In this document: one piece after another, positions 39,509 to 49,592 of the stretch
Position numbering within the stretch: the first letter of the stretch is position 1
Layout of the letters: every line of letters begins with the position of its first letter
Source: Candidatus Hypereutrophica brisbanensis
GTDB taxonomy: Bacteria > Pseudomonadota > Alphaproteobacteria > Pelagibacterales > Pelagibacteraceae
Length of the DNA stretch: 64,000 bases
NCBI GenBank assembly: GCA_038147375.2
Contig: JAYQTL020000005.1
Span: forward strand, 10,218-74,217
Reading direction: 5' to 3'
The notes under the pieces: generated by a model
Told to the model about the DNA's origin: nothing
The model's input: only the letters and a program-made list of their open reading frames with translations
The model's database searches: none
Position numbers and translations under genes: made by a program

Positions 39509-42174
39509 TTGAAAAATTTGATCTTTAATTTTAAAGACCCAAAAATTAAAAAAATTAAGAACCCAAAAAATACCTTGGGTGGCAAGGGAGCTAATTTAGC
39601 TGAAATGGGTCGTTTGGGTATGCCTGTTCCTCCAGGGTTTATTATCTCAACTGATGTATGTGATCTCTTTTATAAAAATAAAAAAAAATTACCAAAACAG
39701 ATTTTAAAAAATATTCAAACTGAACTTAAATCGATTGAAAAACTTACTAATAAAAAATTTGGTGATTAAAAAATCCACTGTTAGTATCAGTTCGTTCAGG
39801 GGCTAGAATATCAATGCCAGGTATGATGGATACGATCCTCAACTTAGGGTTAAATGATAAAACAGTTAAAGCGCTCGCTAAAAAAACTTCAAACGAAAGA
39901 TTTGCTAAAGACAGTTATCGAAGGTTTATTCAAATGTATAGCAACGTTGTTTTGGATATTGAGGGTCATTTATTTGAAGACATGATTGATAATCAAAAAT
40001 TAACAAAAGGAGTATTGCTAGATACTGAACTTGATGAAAATGATTGGGACGAATTAATTGTAAGATTTAAAGAGCTTGTAAAAAAACAAACCAAAAAAGA
40101 ATTTCCTCAAAATGTCCAAGATCAACTTTATGGAGCCATTAGCGCTGTCTTTTTATCTTGGGAAAGTCAAAGAGCAAAAACTTACAGGAAATTAAATCAA
40201 ATCCCTGGTCACTGGGGAACTGCTGTAAACGTTCAATCGATGGTATTTGGAAATATGGGAAATGATTGTGCTACGGGTGTTGTTTTTACAAGAAACCCTT
40301 CAACGGGAGACAATAATTTTTTTGGTGAATATTTAATCAATGCACAAGGTGAGGACGTTGTGGCAGGAACAAGAACACCTCAATACATAACTACGAAAGC
40401 AAAAAAAAGTGCTGGAGCAAAAGATCCTTCGATGGAAGAGACGATGCCAAAAGTTTATCAAGATTTAAAAAAAACTTTGCTCAAATTAGAAAACCATTAC
40501 AAAGATATGCAAGATGTGGAGTTTACTGTTGAAAATAAAAAACTTTGGATTTTACAAACACGATCTGGAAAAAGAACTGCTGAAGCAGCTGTCAAAATTG
40601 CAGTTGATATGGTTGCTGAAAAATTAATTTCAAAAAAAGATGCTCTGCTTAGAATTGATCCAAACGCTTTAGATGCTTTATTGCATCCGACATTAGATAA
40701 AAATGTAGAGAAAAAAATAATTGCAAAAGGATTACCTGCTTCACCGGGTGCTGCGTCAGGAAAAGTTGTGTTTACTGCAGAAGAAGCAGAAAGATTAAAT
40801 GGCATGATGCAAAATACAATTTTAGTCAGAGTAGAAACATCACCTGAAGATATTCATGGAATGCATGCTGCAAAAGGAATTTTAACTGCACGTGGTGGAA
40901 TGACAAGTCACGCAGCTGTAGTTGCTAGAGGAATGGGTAGACCGTGCGTTTCTGGTTCAACTGACATTTCAATCGATTATGAAAAAAAACAATTTAAAGC
41001 TGGAGATATCATCGTCAAAGAAGGTGAAATGATTACAATCGATGGAACTAGTGGTGAAGTAATTTTAGGAAATGTTCCAACTGTTCAGCCAAAAATATCA
41101 GGTTATTTCTCAAAAGTAATGAGTTGGGCTGATCAATTTAGAAAACTTAAAATCAGAACTAACGCAGAAACTGAGAAAGATTCAAAAGTTGCTAGAGAAT
41201 TTGGAGCTGAAGGAATTGGTCTTTGTAGAACAGAGCATATGTTTTTTGATCAGGAAAGAATTTTATCTGTTAGAGAAATGATTTTGTCTAAATCAAAAGA
41301 AGATAGAAACAAAGCTTTAGCAAAATTATTACCTCACCAAAAAAATGACTTTAAGAGCATATTTAAAGTAATGAATGGATTGCCAGTTACAGTAAGACTA
41401 TTAGACCCTCCACTTCATGAGTTTTTACCAAAAACAGATAAAGAAATCGAAGAAGTAGCAAATTCAACAGGTATTGATCATAAAGAAATTAAAGATCGTA
41501 CCGATGAATTACACGAACAAAACCCGATGCTAGGACACCGAGGATGCAGATTAGGTATTTCTTTTCCTGAAATTTATGAAATGCAATGTGAAGCTATTTT
41601 TGAGGCTGTAGTTGAATGCAAAAAAGAAAAAATTAAATCTGTAACTGCAGAAATTATGATTCCATTAGTTTCAACGGATACCGAACTTCAAATTTTAAGA
41701 GCATTAGTTAATCGTGTTGCAAAAAAAATTGAAGCTAAACATAAACTTAAATTAGATTATGTGGTTGGCACGATGATTGAACTACCAAGAGCTGCGTTAC
41801 AAGCACAGGAAATTTCGAAACACGCAGATTTCTTTAGTTTTGGAACAAACGATTTAACACAAACTACTTTTGGTATTAGTCGTGATGACTCTGGAAAGTT
41901 TTTAAATGATTACATCAATAATAAAATATTTGAAATTGATCCATTTGTAAGTCTTGATCAAAATGGAGTTGGTGAACTAATTAAAATTGCGTCTGAAAAA
42001 GGAAGAAAGACAAATAGAAATATTAAGCTTGGTATTTGTGGTGAGCATGGTGGTGATCCAAAAAGTATAGAGTTTTGCTCCAAAGTTGGACTTAACTATG
42101 TGTCCTGTTCTCCTTTTAGAGTACCAATTGCTAGATTAACTGCTGCACAAGCTGAAATTAAAAAATTAAACTAA
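39509..42174 (+). CDS. ppdK: Pyruvate, phosphate dikinase, 1-base frameshift at ~39766-39772
   Basis: LGGKGANLAEM..LGMPVPPGF; one added base gives [39 protein letters not shown]; TTG start after GAGGA RBS. Confidence 0.93.
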
Positions 42175-43065
42175 ATTTTTTTCAAAAAACTCTATCGTTC
42201 TTTTCCAAGCTAAGTCAGCGTTTGTTTTATCATACCGAGGTGTAGAGTCGTTATGGAAACCATGATTACAGCCCTTATAAATATGTGCTGTATAATTTTT
42301 TTTATTAGCTTTTAATGCAGCTTCATAATCAGGCCAACCTTTATTAATTCTTTCATCTAGTTCTGCATAATGAAGTAAAAGAGGAGCTTTAATTCTTGGA
42401 ACATCTTCCGCTTTAGCTTGACTGCCGTAAAAAGGAACTGAAGCAGATAATTCTGGATAAGCAACGGCTAAGGCATTGCAAACACCTCCACCATAACAAA
42501 ATCCAACCGCACCAATTTTTTTATTTGTATCAGCATGATTGTATAAAAATTCAAACCCATTAAAAAAATCATTAAGGAGTTTTTGATTATCAATTTTACT
42601 TTGTAATTCTTTTCCATCAGCATCATTTCCAGGGTACCCACCAAGAGAGCTCAAGCCATCTGGCGCTAGTGCAATGAAACCTGCTTTTGCAATTCTTCTT
42701 GCAACATCTTTAATATAAGGATTAAGTCCACGATTTTCATGAACTACTAAAACAGCTGCCGTTTTGTCGTTTGCTTTAGAAGGTTTTACAAAATAACCTT
42801 TTATTTTTCCGTTTCCATTTTTACTTTCGTATTCAACATAATTAGCTTTAATATCAGGATCATTAAAACTTACTTGCTCTGCATAAGCATAATTAGGAAT
42901 TAAACTATTGAAGACACTTAAAGCCGTAACACCTGTTGCGGTGTACTTACCTACATTTTTTAAGAATTCTCTTTTTGTAATTTTTCCGTGAGCATAATGA
43001 TCATAAAGTTCAAGTATTCTTTGATCAAAATCTTTTGCTGTTAATTTTTTTTCTTTTTTAATCAT
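42166..43065 (-). CDS. Dienelactone hydrolase family protein (YghX-like)
   Basis: VHENRGLNP, GFCYGG, HGFHNDSTPRYD; Tat-like KREFLK. Confidence 0.9.
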   Translation of the reverse strand: MIKKEKKLTAKDFDQRILELYDHYAHGKITKREFLKNVGKYTATGVTALSVFNSLIPNYAYAEQVSFNDPDIKANYVEYESKNGNGKIKGYFVKPSKANDKTAAVLVVHENRGLNPYIKDVARRIAKAGFIALAPDGLSSLGGYPGNDADGKELQSKIDNQKLLNDFFNGFEFLYNHADTNKKIGAVGFCYGGGVCNALAVAYPELSASVPFYGSQAKAEDVPRIKAPLLLHYAELDERINKGWPDYEAALKANKKNYTAHIYKGCNHGFHNDSTPRYDKTNADLAWKRTIEFFEKNLV

Positions 43066-43113
43066 AATTATTAATTATAACTTGTTTTGTAACTTTGAGA
43101 ACAATTTTAATTA

Positions 43114-43527
43114 ATGCAGTATTGGCTAGTAAAATCTGAACCTAATGTATGGTCTATCGATCAACAAGAGAATGCTGGGGCTAAGGGTGTAGCATGGGAT
43201 GGAGTTAGAAATTATCAAGCAGCTAATAATCTAAAAAAAATGAAAAAAGGAGATCTTTGTTTTTTTTATCATTCAAATATTGGTAAAGAAATTGTAGGGA
43301 TCGTGGAGATAATTAAGACCGCCTTTCCCGATGTAACAGACAAAAGTAAAAAATTTGTTGCGGTGCAAATCAAATTTAAAGAAAAGTTAGAAAGACCCAT
43401 AAGCCTTGAAATAATTAAAAAAACTAAAGAAATTCAGCATTTACCACTCATTAAACAAAGCAGATTATCAGTAATGCCAATTGACTCTAATAGCTGGAAA
43501 ATAATAAATAATATGAGTAAAATTTAA
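43114..43527 (+). CDS. EVE domain protein
   Basis: YWLVKSEP, WDGVRNYQA, FFYHS, SRLSV. Confidence 0.93.
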   Translation: MQYWLVKSEPNVWSIDQQENAGAKGVAWDGVRNYQAANNLKKMKKGDLCFFYHSNIGKEIVGIVEIIKTAFPDVTDKSKKFVAVQIKFKEKLERPISLEIIKKTKEIQHLPLIKQSRLSVMPIDSNSWKIINNMSKI

Positions 43528-43545
43528 AAATTAAAAAATAGATCT

Positions 43546-45588
43546 ATGGCTAAAAGAAACAAAAAAAAGAAAACTAAGAAAAAAGTTAAGAAAAAATTAA
43601 AAGTTTCAAAATTAAAAACTTCAAAAAAAAATACCAGCTCACATCACGAAGATGAATTAGTGTTTAAAGTAACAAAGCCATGGGCTGCAAAAGCTTACGT
43701 TAATAAAGACGGTTACAATAAAAAATATAATCAATCGATTAAAAAAAATGATGACTTCTGGAAAAAAGAAGGAAAAAGATTATCTTGGATTAAACCATAT
43801 AAAAAAATTAAGGAAGTTAAATACAGTAAAACAGATGTAAAAATTAAATGGTTTCTTGACGGTAAACTAAACGTTTCAGCTAACTGTATTGATCGACATT
43901 TAAAAAAGCACGGTAACAAAACTGCCATCATTTGGGTGGGAGATGATCCAAAAAATTCTCAAGAAATTACTTACAAAGAATTACACAAAAATGTTTGCAA
44001 AACGGCAAATGTTTTAAAAAACATGGGTGTTAAAAAAGGTGACAGAGTTACAATTTACTTAACTATGATACCTCAACTTGCTTATGTGATGTTGGCATGC
44101 ACAAGAATTGGTGCCGTTCACTCAATTATATTTGGTGGATTCTCATCGGACTCGATTGCAACAAGAGTGAATAACTGTGAGTCTGAATATTTAGTGACAG
44201 CAGATGAAGGTTTAAGAGGTGGTAAAACTATTCCACTTAAAAAAATCGCAGACGAAGCCTTGGAACAATGCCCTGGTGTTAAAAAATGTTTAGTTATTAA
44301 ACACACTGGTGGTGATGTTAACTGGAATGATGAGAGAGATGTTTCGTATGAAAGAATGATGAATAATGCATCCACAAAATGTGATCCTGAAGTAATGGAT
44401 TCAGAAGATCCATTATTTATTCTTTATACGTCTGGCTCAACTGGAAAACCTAAAGGAGTTCTTCACACAACAGGTGGTTATCTAGTTTATGCTTCAATGA
44501 CACATCAATATATTTTTGATTACAAGCCTAAAGATATTTACTGGTGTACAGCTGATATCGGTTGGGTTACTGGACACAGCTATATTATCTATGGACCACT
44601 TTCGAATGCAGCAACTACAATTATGTTTGAAGGAATTCCAAATTATCCAGACAGCTCACGTTGGTGGCAAATAATTGATAAATATAAAGTTAATATTTTC
44701 TATACAGCTCCAACTGCAATCAGATCTTTAATGAAAGAAGGTGATGCTTTGGTTAAATCTACAAGCAGAAAATCTTTGAAACTTTTAGGAACCGTAGGTG
44801 AACCAATCAACCCAGAAGCTTGGATGTGGTATTACAAAGTGGTTGGTGACTCTAGATGTCCAATTGTTGATACTTGGTGGCAAACGGAAACAGGTGGAAT
44901 TCTTATTTCAGCACAACCTGGCGCGATTGATTTAAAACCAGGTTCAGCGACTAAACCTTTCTACGGTATTAAGCCTGAATTGGTAGATGAGAAAGGTAAA
45001 GTGATAAAAGGTGAAGGTGAAGGTAGGTTATGTATGGCTGCTTCTTGGCCTGGTCAAATGAGAACTGTTTATGGTGATCACCAAAGATTTATCGATACTT
45101 ACTTTTCACAAGTTGATGGAAAATATTTTACAGGTGACGGTGCTAGAAGAGATAAAGATGGTTACTACTGGATTACAGGCCGGGTAGATGATGTTATCAT
45201 CGTATCGGGTCATAATTTAGGAACTGCAGAAATAGAAAGCGCCTTTGTGGCTCATCCAAAAGTAGCTGAAGCTGCTGTTGTTGGCTACCCACACGACATT
45301 AAAGGTAACGCTCTATATTGTTACGTAACTTTAAAATCAGGTGAGCAACCAAGTGGTGACCTTGAAAGAGATTTAAAACTTTGGGTTAGAAAACAAATTG
45401 GACCATTAGCAACACCAGATATAATTCAATTTGCACCGGGTTTACCTAAAACAAGATCAGGTAAAATCATGCGAAGAATTTTAAGAAAGATTGCTGCTAA
45501 TCAACATGAAGAGCTTGGGGACACAACAACACTTGCAGATCCAAGTGTGGTAGCTTCGTTGGTAGAAAACAGAAAAAATAGAGGATAG
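43546..45588 (+). CDS. acs: Acetyl-CoA synthetase with Lys-rich N-terminal extension
   Basis: [32 protein letters not shown]. Confidence 0.96.
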   Translation: MAKRNKKKKTKKKVKKKLKVSKLKTSKKNTSSHHEDELVFKVTKPWAAKAYVNKDGYNKKYNQSIKKNDDFWKKEGKRLSWIKPYKKIKEVKYSKTDVKIKWFLDGKLNVSANCIDRHLKKHGNKTAIIWVGDDPKNSQEITYKELHKNVCKTANVLKNMGVKKGDRVTIYLTMIPQLAYVMLACTRIGAVHSIIFGGFSSDSIATRVNNCESEYLVTADEGLRGGKTIPLKKIADEALEQCPGVKKCLVIKHTGGDVNWNDERDVSYERMMNNASTKCDPEVMDSEDPLFILYTSGSTGKPKGVLHTTGGYLVYASMTHQYIFDYKPKDIYWCTADIGWVTGHSYIIYGPLSNAATTIMFEGIPNYPDSSRWWQIIDKYKVNIFYTAPTAIRSLMKEGDALVKSTSRKSLKLLGTVGEPINPEAWMWYYKVVGDSRCPIVDTWWQTETGGILISAQPGAIDLKPGSATKPFYGIKPELVDEKGKVIKGEGEGRLCMAASWPGQMRTVYGDHQRFIDTYFSQVDGKYFTGDGARRDKDGYYWITGRVDDVIIVSGHNLGTAEIESAFVAHPKVAEAAVVGYPHDIKGNALYCYVTLKSGEQPSGDLERDLKLWVRKQIGPLATPDIIQFAPGLPKTRSGKIMRRILRKIAANQHEELGDTTTLADPSVVASLVENRKNRG

Positions 45589-45592
45589 TTTT

Positions 45593-46219
45593 TTACAACT
45601 TCTTTGTTAACTCTAAGAATTCATTCTTAACTAAATTCCATTTTAACATAATAGAATTTAAAACAATTTCTTTGTCTAAAACTTTTAATTCATCTGCTAT
45701 TGGCGACCAACGATAAAGAGCTTGTCCACTTTTAATAAAAGGATCTGTTGCATGATAAGAACTCCAATTAACCTCTCTTAGTCTTTGTTCAAATTCTAAA
45801 TTAGCCTCTCTAATGAGTTTATCATCTAAGCCATTACTTTTTTCGGATTGAAGTATTTCAGAAAATATTTTTCCAACATTAACTTCTTTCAATCCTTTTT
45901 TATCTATTAAATAAGAATAGACATAAAGTGTGCAATCAGCTAATGCGACTAGATAAATATTCCACTTCGCGATTTCTATAGACTCTGAAAATTTATCATC
46001 TTCAAACATTGATAAATATCGAGTTCCAATTCTAGTTTTAAGATAACCATACAAAGTTGTTTGAGTGACTAATGCTGATCTTTGCTGAATAAAAAGTTTA
46101 ATTTCATCTTCGGACTCCAATGAACTAATTTTTTTCGTAATTTTTAGCGAAGCAAAGGCCATATCTTTAAGATCACTTAAGCCTATTTTAAGTATTGAGA
46201 AAATTTTACTAATATTCAA
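45593..46219 (-). CDS. Hypothetical protein
   Basis: 208-aa ORF filling the gap between acs and the symporter promoter region; motif Q.TLYGYLKTR.GT. Confidence 0.75.
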   Translation of the reverse strand: MNISKIFSILKIGLSDLKDMAFASLKITKKISSLESEDEIKLFIQQRSALVTQTTLYGYLKTRIGTRYLSMFEDDKFSESIEIAKWNIYLVALADCTLYVYSYLIDKKGLKEVNVGKIFSEILQSEKSNGLDDKLIREANLEFEQRLREVNWSSYHATDPFIKSGQALYRWSPIADELKVLDKEIVLNSIMLKWNLVKNEFLELTKKL

Positions 46220-46372
46220 TTTTTAGTTGTCCTTATTTTATTTTTTACAATTTTCCTTGAAATATATAGATTTTTTTTGCCTTTTTTAACTTTTAATTAC
46301 TTAATAGATCAGTATGATCTCTCGCATTAAGTTAACTAGTTAATAAAAAACGTTAAAAAAGGGGGAAAACAT

Positions 46373-46630
46373 ATGAGTAATAAAGATGCTCATTGGGAAA
46401 AAACAAGGAGCCATATGATAGTTACATTGGTGATTTGGTTTTTCTTTTCAACAGTTGTGTTTATGTTCGGTGAGAGCTTAAACACTTCAAGTTTTCTTGG
46501 GTACCCTCTAGCATATTACATGACAGCACAAGGTTCACTCCTAGCGTTCATCATTCTAATATTCTGGATGTCAGGTAAACAAGAAGACATCGACGAAGAA
46601 TTCGGCTTCGGAGAAAGGGAGGATGACTAA
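46373..46630 (+). CDS. DUF4212 small membrane subunit of solute symporter
   Basis: GYPLAYYMTAQGS; TAATG-coupled to the symporter; RBS AAGGGGG. Confidence 0.88.
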   Translation: MSNKDAHWEKTRSHMIVTLVIWFFFSTVVFMFGESLNTSSFLGYPLAYYMTAQGSLLAFIILIFWMSGKQEDIDEEFGFGEREDD

Positions 46631-48474
46631 TGGCAAGTTCATTACAAGGTAAATCCTTCGTAGAAAATCTACCGAAGATATACGGTCTGTATACAGGCGG
46701 ATTCATAGTATTCATCTTATTGATGGCTGTACTTGAATCAAATGGAGTTTCTGCCAAAACAATTGGTCAGTTCTTCTTAGCTTTTACAGTTTTAATCTAT
46801 GCCTTGATTGGCTGGTTATCAAGAACCGTACAAGTAGATGCTTATTATGTAGCTGGACGAGAAGTTCCAACTGTATTTAACGGAATGGCAACAGCAGCCG
46901 ATTGGATGTCTGGTGCTTCTTTCGTTGCAATGGCAGGTGGTATTTACTTTGGTGGCTACATCTATATGGCTTTCTTAGTAGGTTGGACAGGCGGATACGT
47001 GCTTGTTGCTTCTCTACTAGCTCCATACCTTAGAAAATTTGGTTGCTACACAGTGCCTGATTTTATTGGAACAAGATACGGTGGAAACTTTGTTCGTTTC
47101 TGCGCAGTACTAGTTTTAGTAATAGCTTCATTCACTTACGTGACTGCACAAATTAACGCTACAGGTACAATTGCATCAAGATTCTTAGGCATTCCATTCG
47201 GACAAGGTGTTTGGGTTGGATTATTAAGTATCTTGTTATGTTCAATGCTTGGAGGAATGAGAGCTGTAACTTGGACTCAAGTAGCTCAGTATATCGTGTT
47301 AATTATTGCTTATCTAATTCCAGTATTCTGGATTAGTAACAAATTTGGATATGGAGTATTTCCACATCTACAATTAGGAGCAGAAGTTGCGCGTATTGCT
47401 GAACTTGAAGCTCAGTATGGATTAGTTAAAAACACTGCTGAACAAATAAAAGCAGCTGGTGTACCAGGTGGTTTAGCTTATATCAGCACACCACACTCTG
47501 CTGTACCAGCAGGATCAGCTTGGAAATACATTTCGCTTGCGATCTGTATGATGGTGGGAACTGCATCGTTACCTCATATTCTTATGAGATACTTTACAAC
47601 TCCTTCTGTTAAATCAGCTAGAAAATCAGTAGCATGGTCGCTATTCTTTATTTTCTTGCTTTATTCATCAGCTCCAATGTTAGCTACATTATCAAAAATT
47701 TCGTTGATCGATCCAACTCTATCAACTGGAATTATTGGTAAATCTATTTCTGATGTTCAGAATATAGAGTGGGTTAAAAATTGGATCGCAGTTAAACAAG
47801 CTTTCATAGCTGACTTTAACAATGATGGTATCTTGCAAATGAATGAATGGTTCATGCGAGGCGACGTTGTTGTATTAGCAACACCTGAAGTAGCCGGCTT
47901 ACCTTATGTAATATCAGGGTTAGTAGCTGCTGGAGGTATGGCTGCTGCGATGTCAACTGCGGACGGATTAATTCTTGCGATAGCAAACGCTTTATCTCAC
48001 GACATTTACTACAAAATCGTGAACCCTAAAGCCGATGTTAGAAAAAGATTGATCACAGCTCGTATCCTACTAGTTATCATTGGTGCTCTTGGTGCTTACA
48101 TCGCATCTATGAGACTTACTGGTATCTTAGGAGCGGTTGCTTGGGCGTTCGACTTTGCGATGTCTGGTCTATTCTTCCCACTTGTACTTGGTGTATGGTG
48201 GAAGAGAGCTACTAGAGAAGGTGCAATAGCAGGTATCTTAGGTGGTTTAATTGCCGGAACTGCATACCTTATTTACGTGGCGCCAGCGTTCATGAACAAA
48301 ACTCCTTGGTTACAAATCGATAACTTAAGATTTGGTATCATCGGAGCTGCCGTGAGCTTGATCGCAATGGTAGTTGTATCTCTTGCTACAAAAGAGCCAG
48401 ATGCTGCAACTCAGAAAATGGTTGATGACTGCAGAGTACCAGCAGGTAAAACAATTATTTCTTCTAAAGCTTAA
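46630..48474 (+). CDS. Sodium:solute symporter, ActP/VC_2705-like (probable acetate/monocarboxylate uptake)
   Basis: YYVAGR, NGMATAADWMSGASF, GTASLPHILMRYFT, AAAMSTADG; next to acs. Confidence 0.92.
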   Translation: MASSLQGKSFVENLPKIYGLYTGGFIVFILLMAVLESNGVSAKTIGQFFLAFTVLIYALIGWLSRTVQVDAYYVAGREVPTVFNGMATAADWMSGASFVAMAGGIYFGGYIYMAFLVGWTGGYVLVASLLAPYLRKFGCYTVPDFIGTRYGGNFVRFCAVLVLVIASFTYVTAQINATGTIASRFLGIPFGQGVWVGLLSILLCSMLGGMRAVTWTQVAQYIVLIIAYLIPVFWISNKFGYGVFPHLQLGAEVARIAELEAQYGLVKNTAEQIKAAGVPGGLAYISTPHSAVPAGSAWKYISLAICMMVGTASLPHILMRYFTTPSVKSARKSVAWSLFFIFLLYSSAPMLATLSKISLIDPTLSTGIIGKSISDVQNIEWVKNWIAVKQAFIADFNNDGILQMNEWFMRGDVVVLATPEVAGLPYVISGLVAAGGMAAAMSTADGLILAIANALSHDIYYKIVNPKADVRKRLITARILLVIIGALGAYIASMRLTGILGAVAWAFDFAMSGLFFPLVLGVWWKRATREGAIAGILGGLIAGTAYLIYVAPAFMNKTPWLQIDNLRFGIIGAAVSLIAMVVVSLATKEPDAATQKMVDDCRVPAGKTIISSKA

Positions 48475-48498
48475 GAAAATATCTTAGGTTTAAAAATT

Positions 48499-48528
48499 AA
48501 AGGGGCGAATTTTTCGCCCCTTTTTTTT
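48499..48528 (+). terminator. Intrinsic terminator after symporter
   Basis: AAAGGGGCGAA-TTT-TTCGCCCC followed by T8. Confidence 0.92.
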
Positions 48529-48553
48529 ATCTCAAAAAATGATAGTTTAAATT

Positions 48554-48892
48554 ATGCCAATCTGGATAATTATTTTAGATTATGTTCTAGGTATCATCAT
48601 GTGGACCTTAATTGGTAGATCTGCCATGAATGTATTTCAACGAGAAGACTCCAATTTCTTTTTCATGAAAGCCTTTGTGATGATTACACAACCATTAATT
48701 AATTTATTCAAATTTATAACACCTTCTTTTATTGCAGGACCTATTGTGCCTTTATACGTCGCTTGGTTTTTTTATCTTATTCGTTTTTATTTAATGCCTT
48801 ATTTACTTGGCTATTCAGTAATGGGTATGCTTTCGTTTCCACTAGAGAGTGATTTTTCAAAATCGATTTATCAACTTTTTTATAAGCAATAA
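48554..48892 (+). CDS. Hypothetical membrane protein (weakly YggT-like)
   Basis: 112 aa, hydrophobic; LIGR...F...T.PL...F..ITP pattern. Confidence 0.72.
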   Translation: MPIWIIILDYVLGIIMWTLIGRSAMNVFQREDSNFFFMKAFVMITQPLINLFKFITPSFIAGPIVPLYVAWFFYLIRFYLMPYLLGYSVMGMLSFPLESDFSKSIYQLFYKQ

Positions 48893-48894
48893 TT

Positions 48895-48924
48895 TTGACA
48901 AGATCAAAATATCAAATATATAAG
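48895..48924 (+). promoter_or_regulatory. Putative sigma70 promoter of rpe operon (likely leaderless)
   Basis: TTGACA-N18-TATAAG, 5 nt before ATG, no Shine-Dalgarno. Confidence 0.5.
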
Positions 48925-48929
48925 TACTT

Positions 48930-49592
48930 ATGGCTCAAGCTGTAAAAATTTCTCCAAGTATTTTATCCGCTGATTTTAGTAAATTAGGTGAAGAAATAAT
49001 TTCTTTAGAAAAAGCAGGAGCGGATTATATTCATATTGATGTAATGGATGGTCACTTTGTACCCAATATTACAATTGGACCAGAGGTAATTAAAAGATTA
49101 AGACCCGTCACTAAATTAACTTTTGATGTGCATTTAATGATTGCACCGGTAGACAATTTTGTAAAAGATTTTGCAAATGCAGGTGCAGATATCATTACTT
49201 TTCATCCAGAAGCCACAAAAGATTTATCTCAAACAATAAAACTAATTAAAAGTTTTGGAAAAAAAGTGGGTGTTTCTTTAAAACCTAAGTCTCCCATTGA
49301 TTTAATTGAAAACCACTTAAAAGATATAGATTTAATTTTAATTATGAGTGTTGAGCCTGGTTTTGGGGGACAAAAATTTATGCCAGAGGTTTTAGATAAA
49401 ATGAAAAAACTAAGAAATATCGTTAATGAAAAAAAACTTAACGTTGATATTGAAATTGATGGTGGAATAAATTTTGAAAATAGTAGCAAAGCAAAAGAAT
49501 TTGGTGCAAATATTTTAGTTTCAGGATCAACTGTTTTTAAAGAAAATAATGGTGATCTAAAAAAGAATATTCAACTGCTTAGAACCAATTAA
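48930..49592 (+). CDS. rpe: Ribulose-phosphate 3-epimerase
   Basis: SPSILSADF, HIDVMDGHFVPN, MSVEPGFGGQKF, IDGGIN. Confidence 0.97.
   Translation: MAQAVKISPSILSADFSKLGEEIISLEKAGADYIHIDVMDGHFVPNITIGPEVIKRLRPVTKLTFDVHLMIAPVDNFVKDFANAGADIITFHPEATKDLSQTIKLIKSFGKKVGVSLKPKSPIDLIENHLKDIDLILIMSVEPGFGGQKFMPEVLDKMKKLRNIVNEKKLNVDIEIDGGINFENSSKAKEFGANILVSGSTVFKENNGDLKKNIQLLRTN

Noticed and set aside
43114-43527. EVE domain as part of a modification-dependent defence system
   Set aside because: Stand-alone EVE in a housekeeping context with no nuclease or toxin partner
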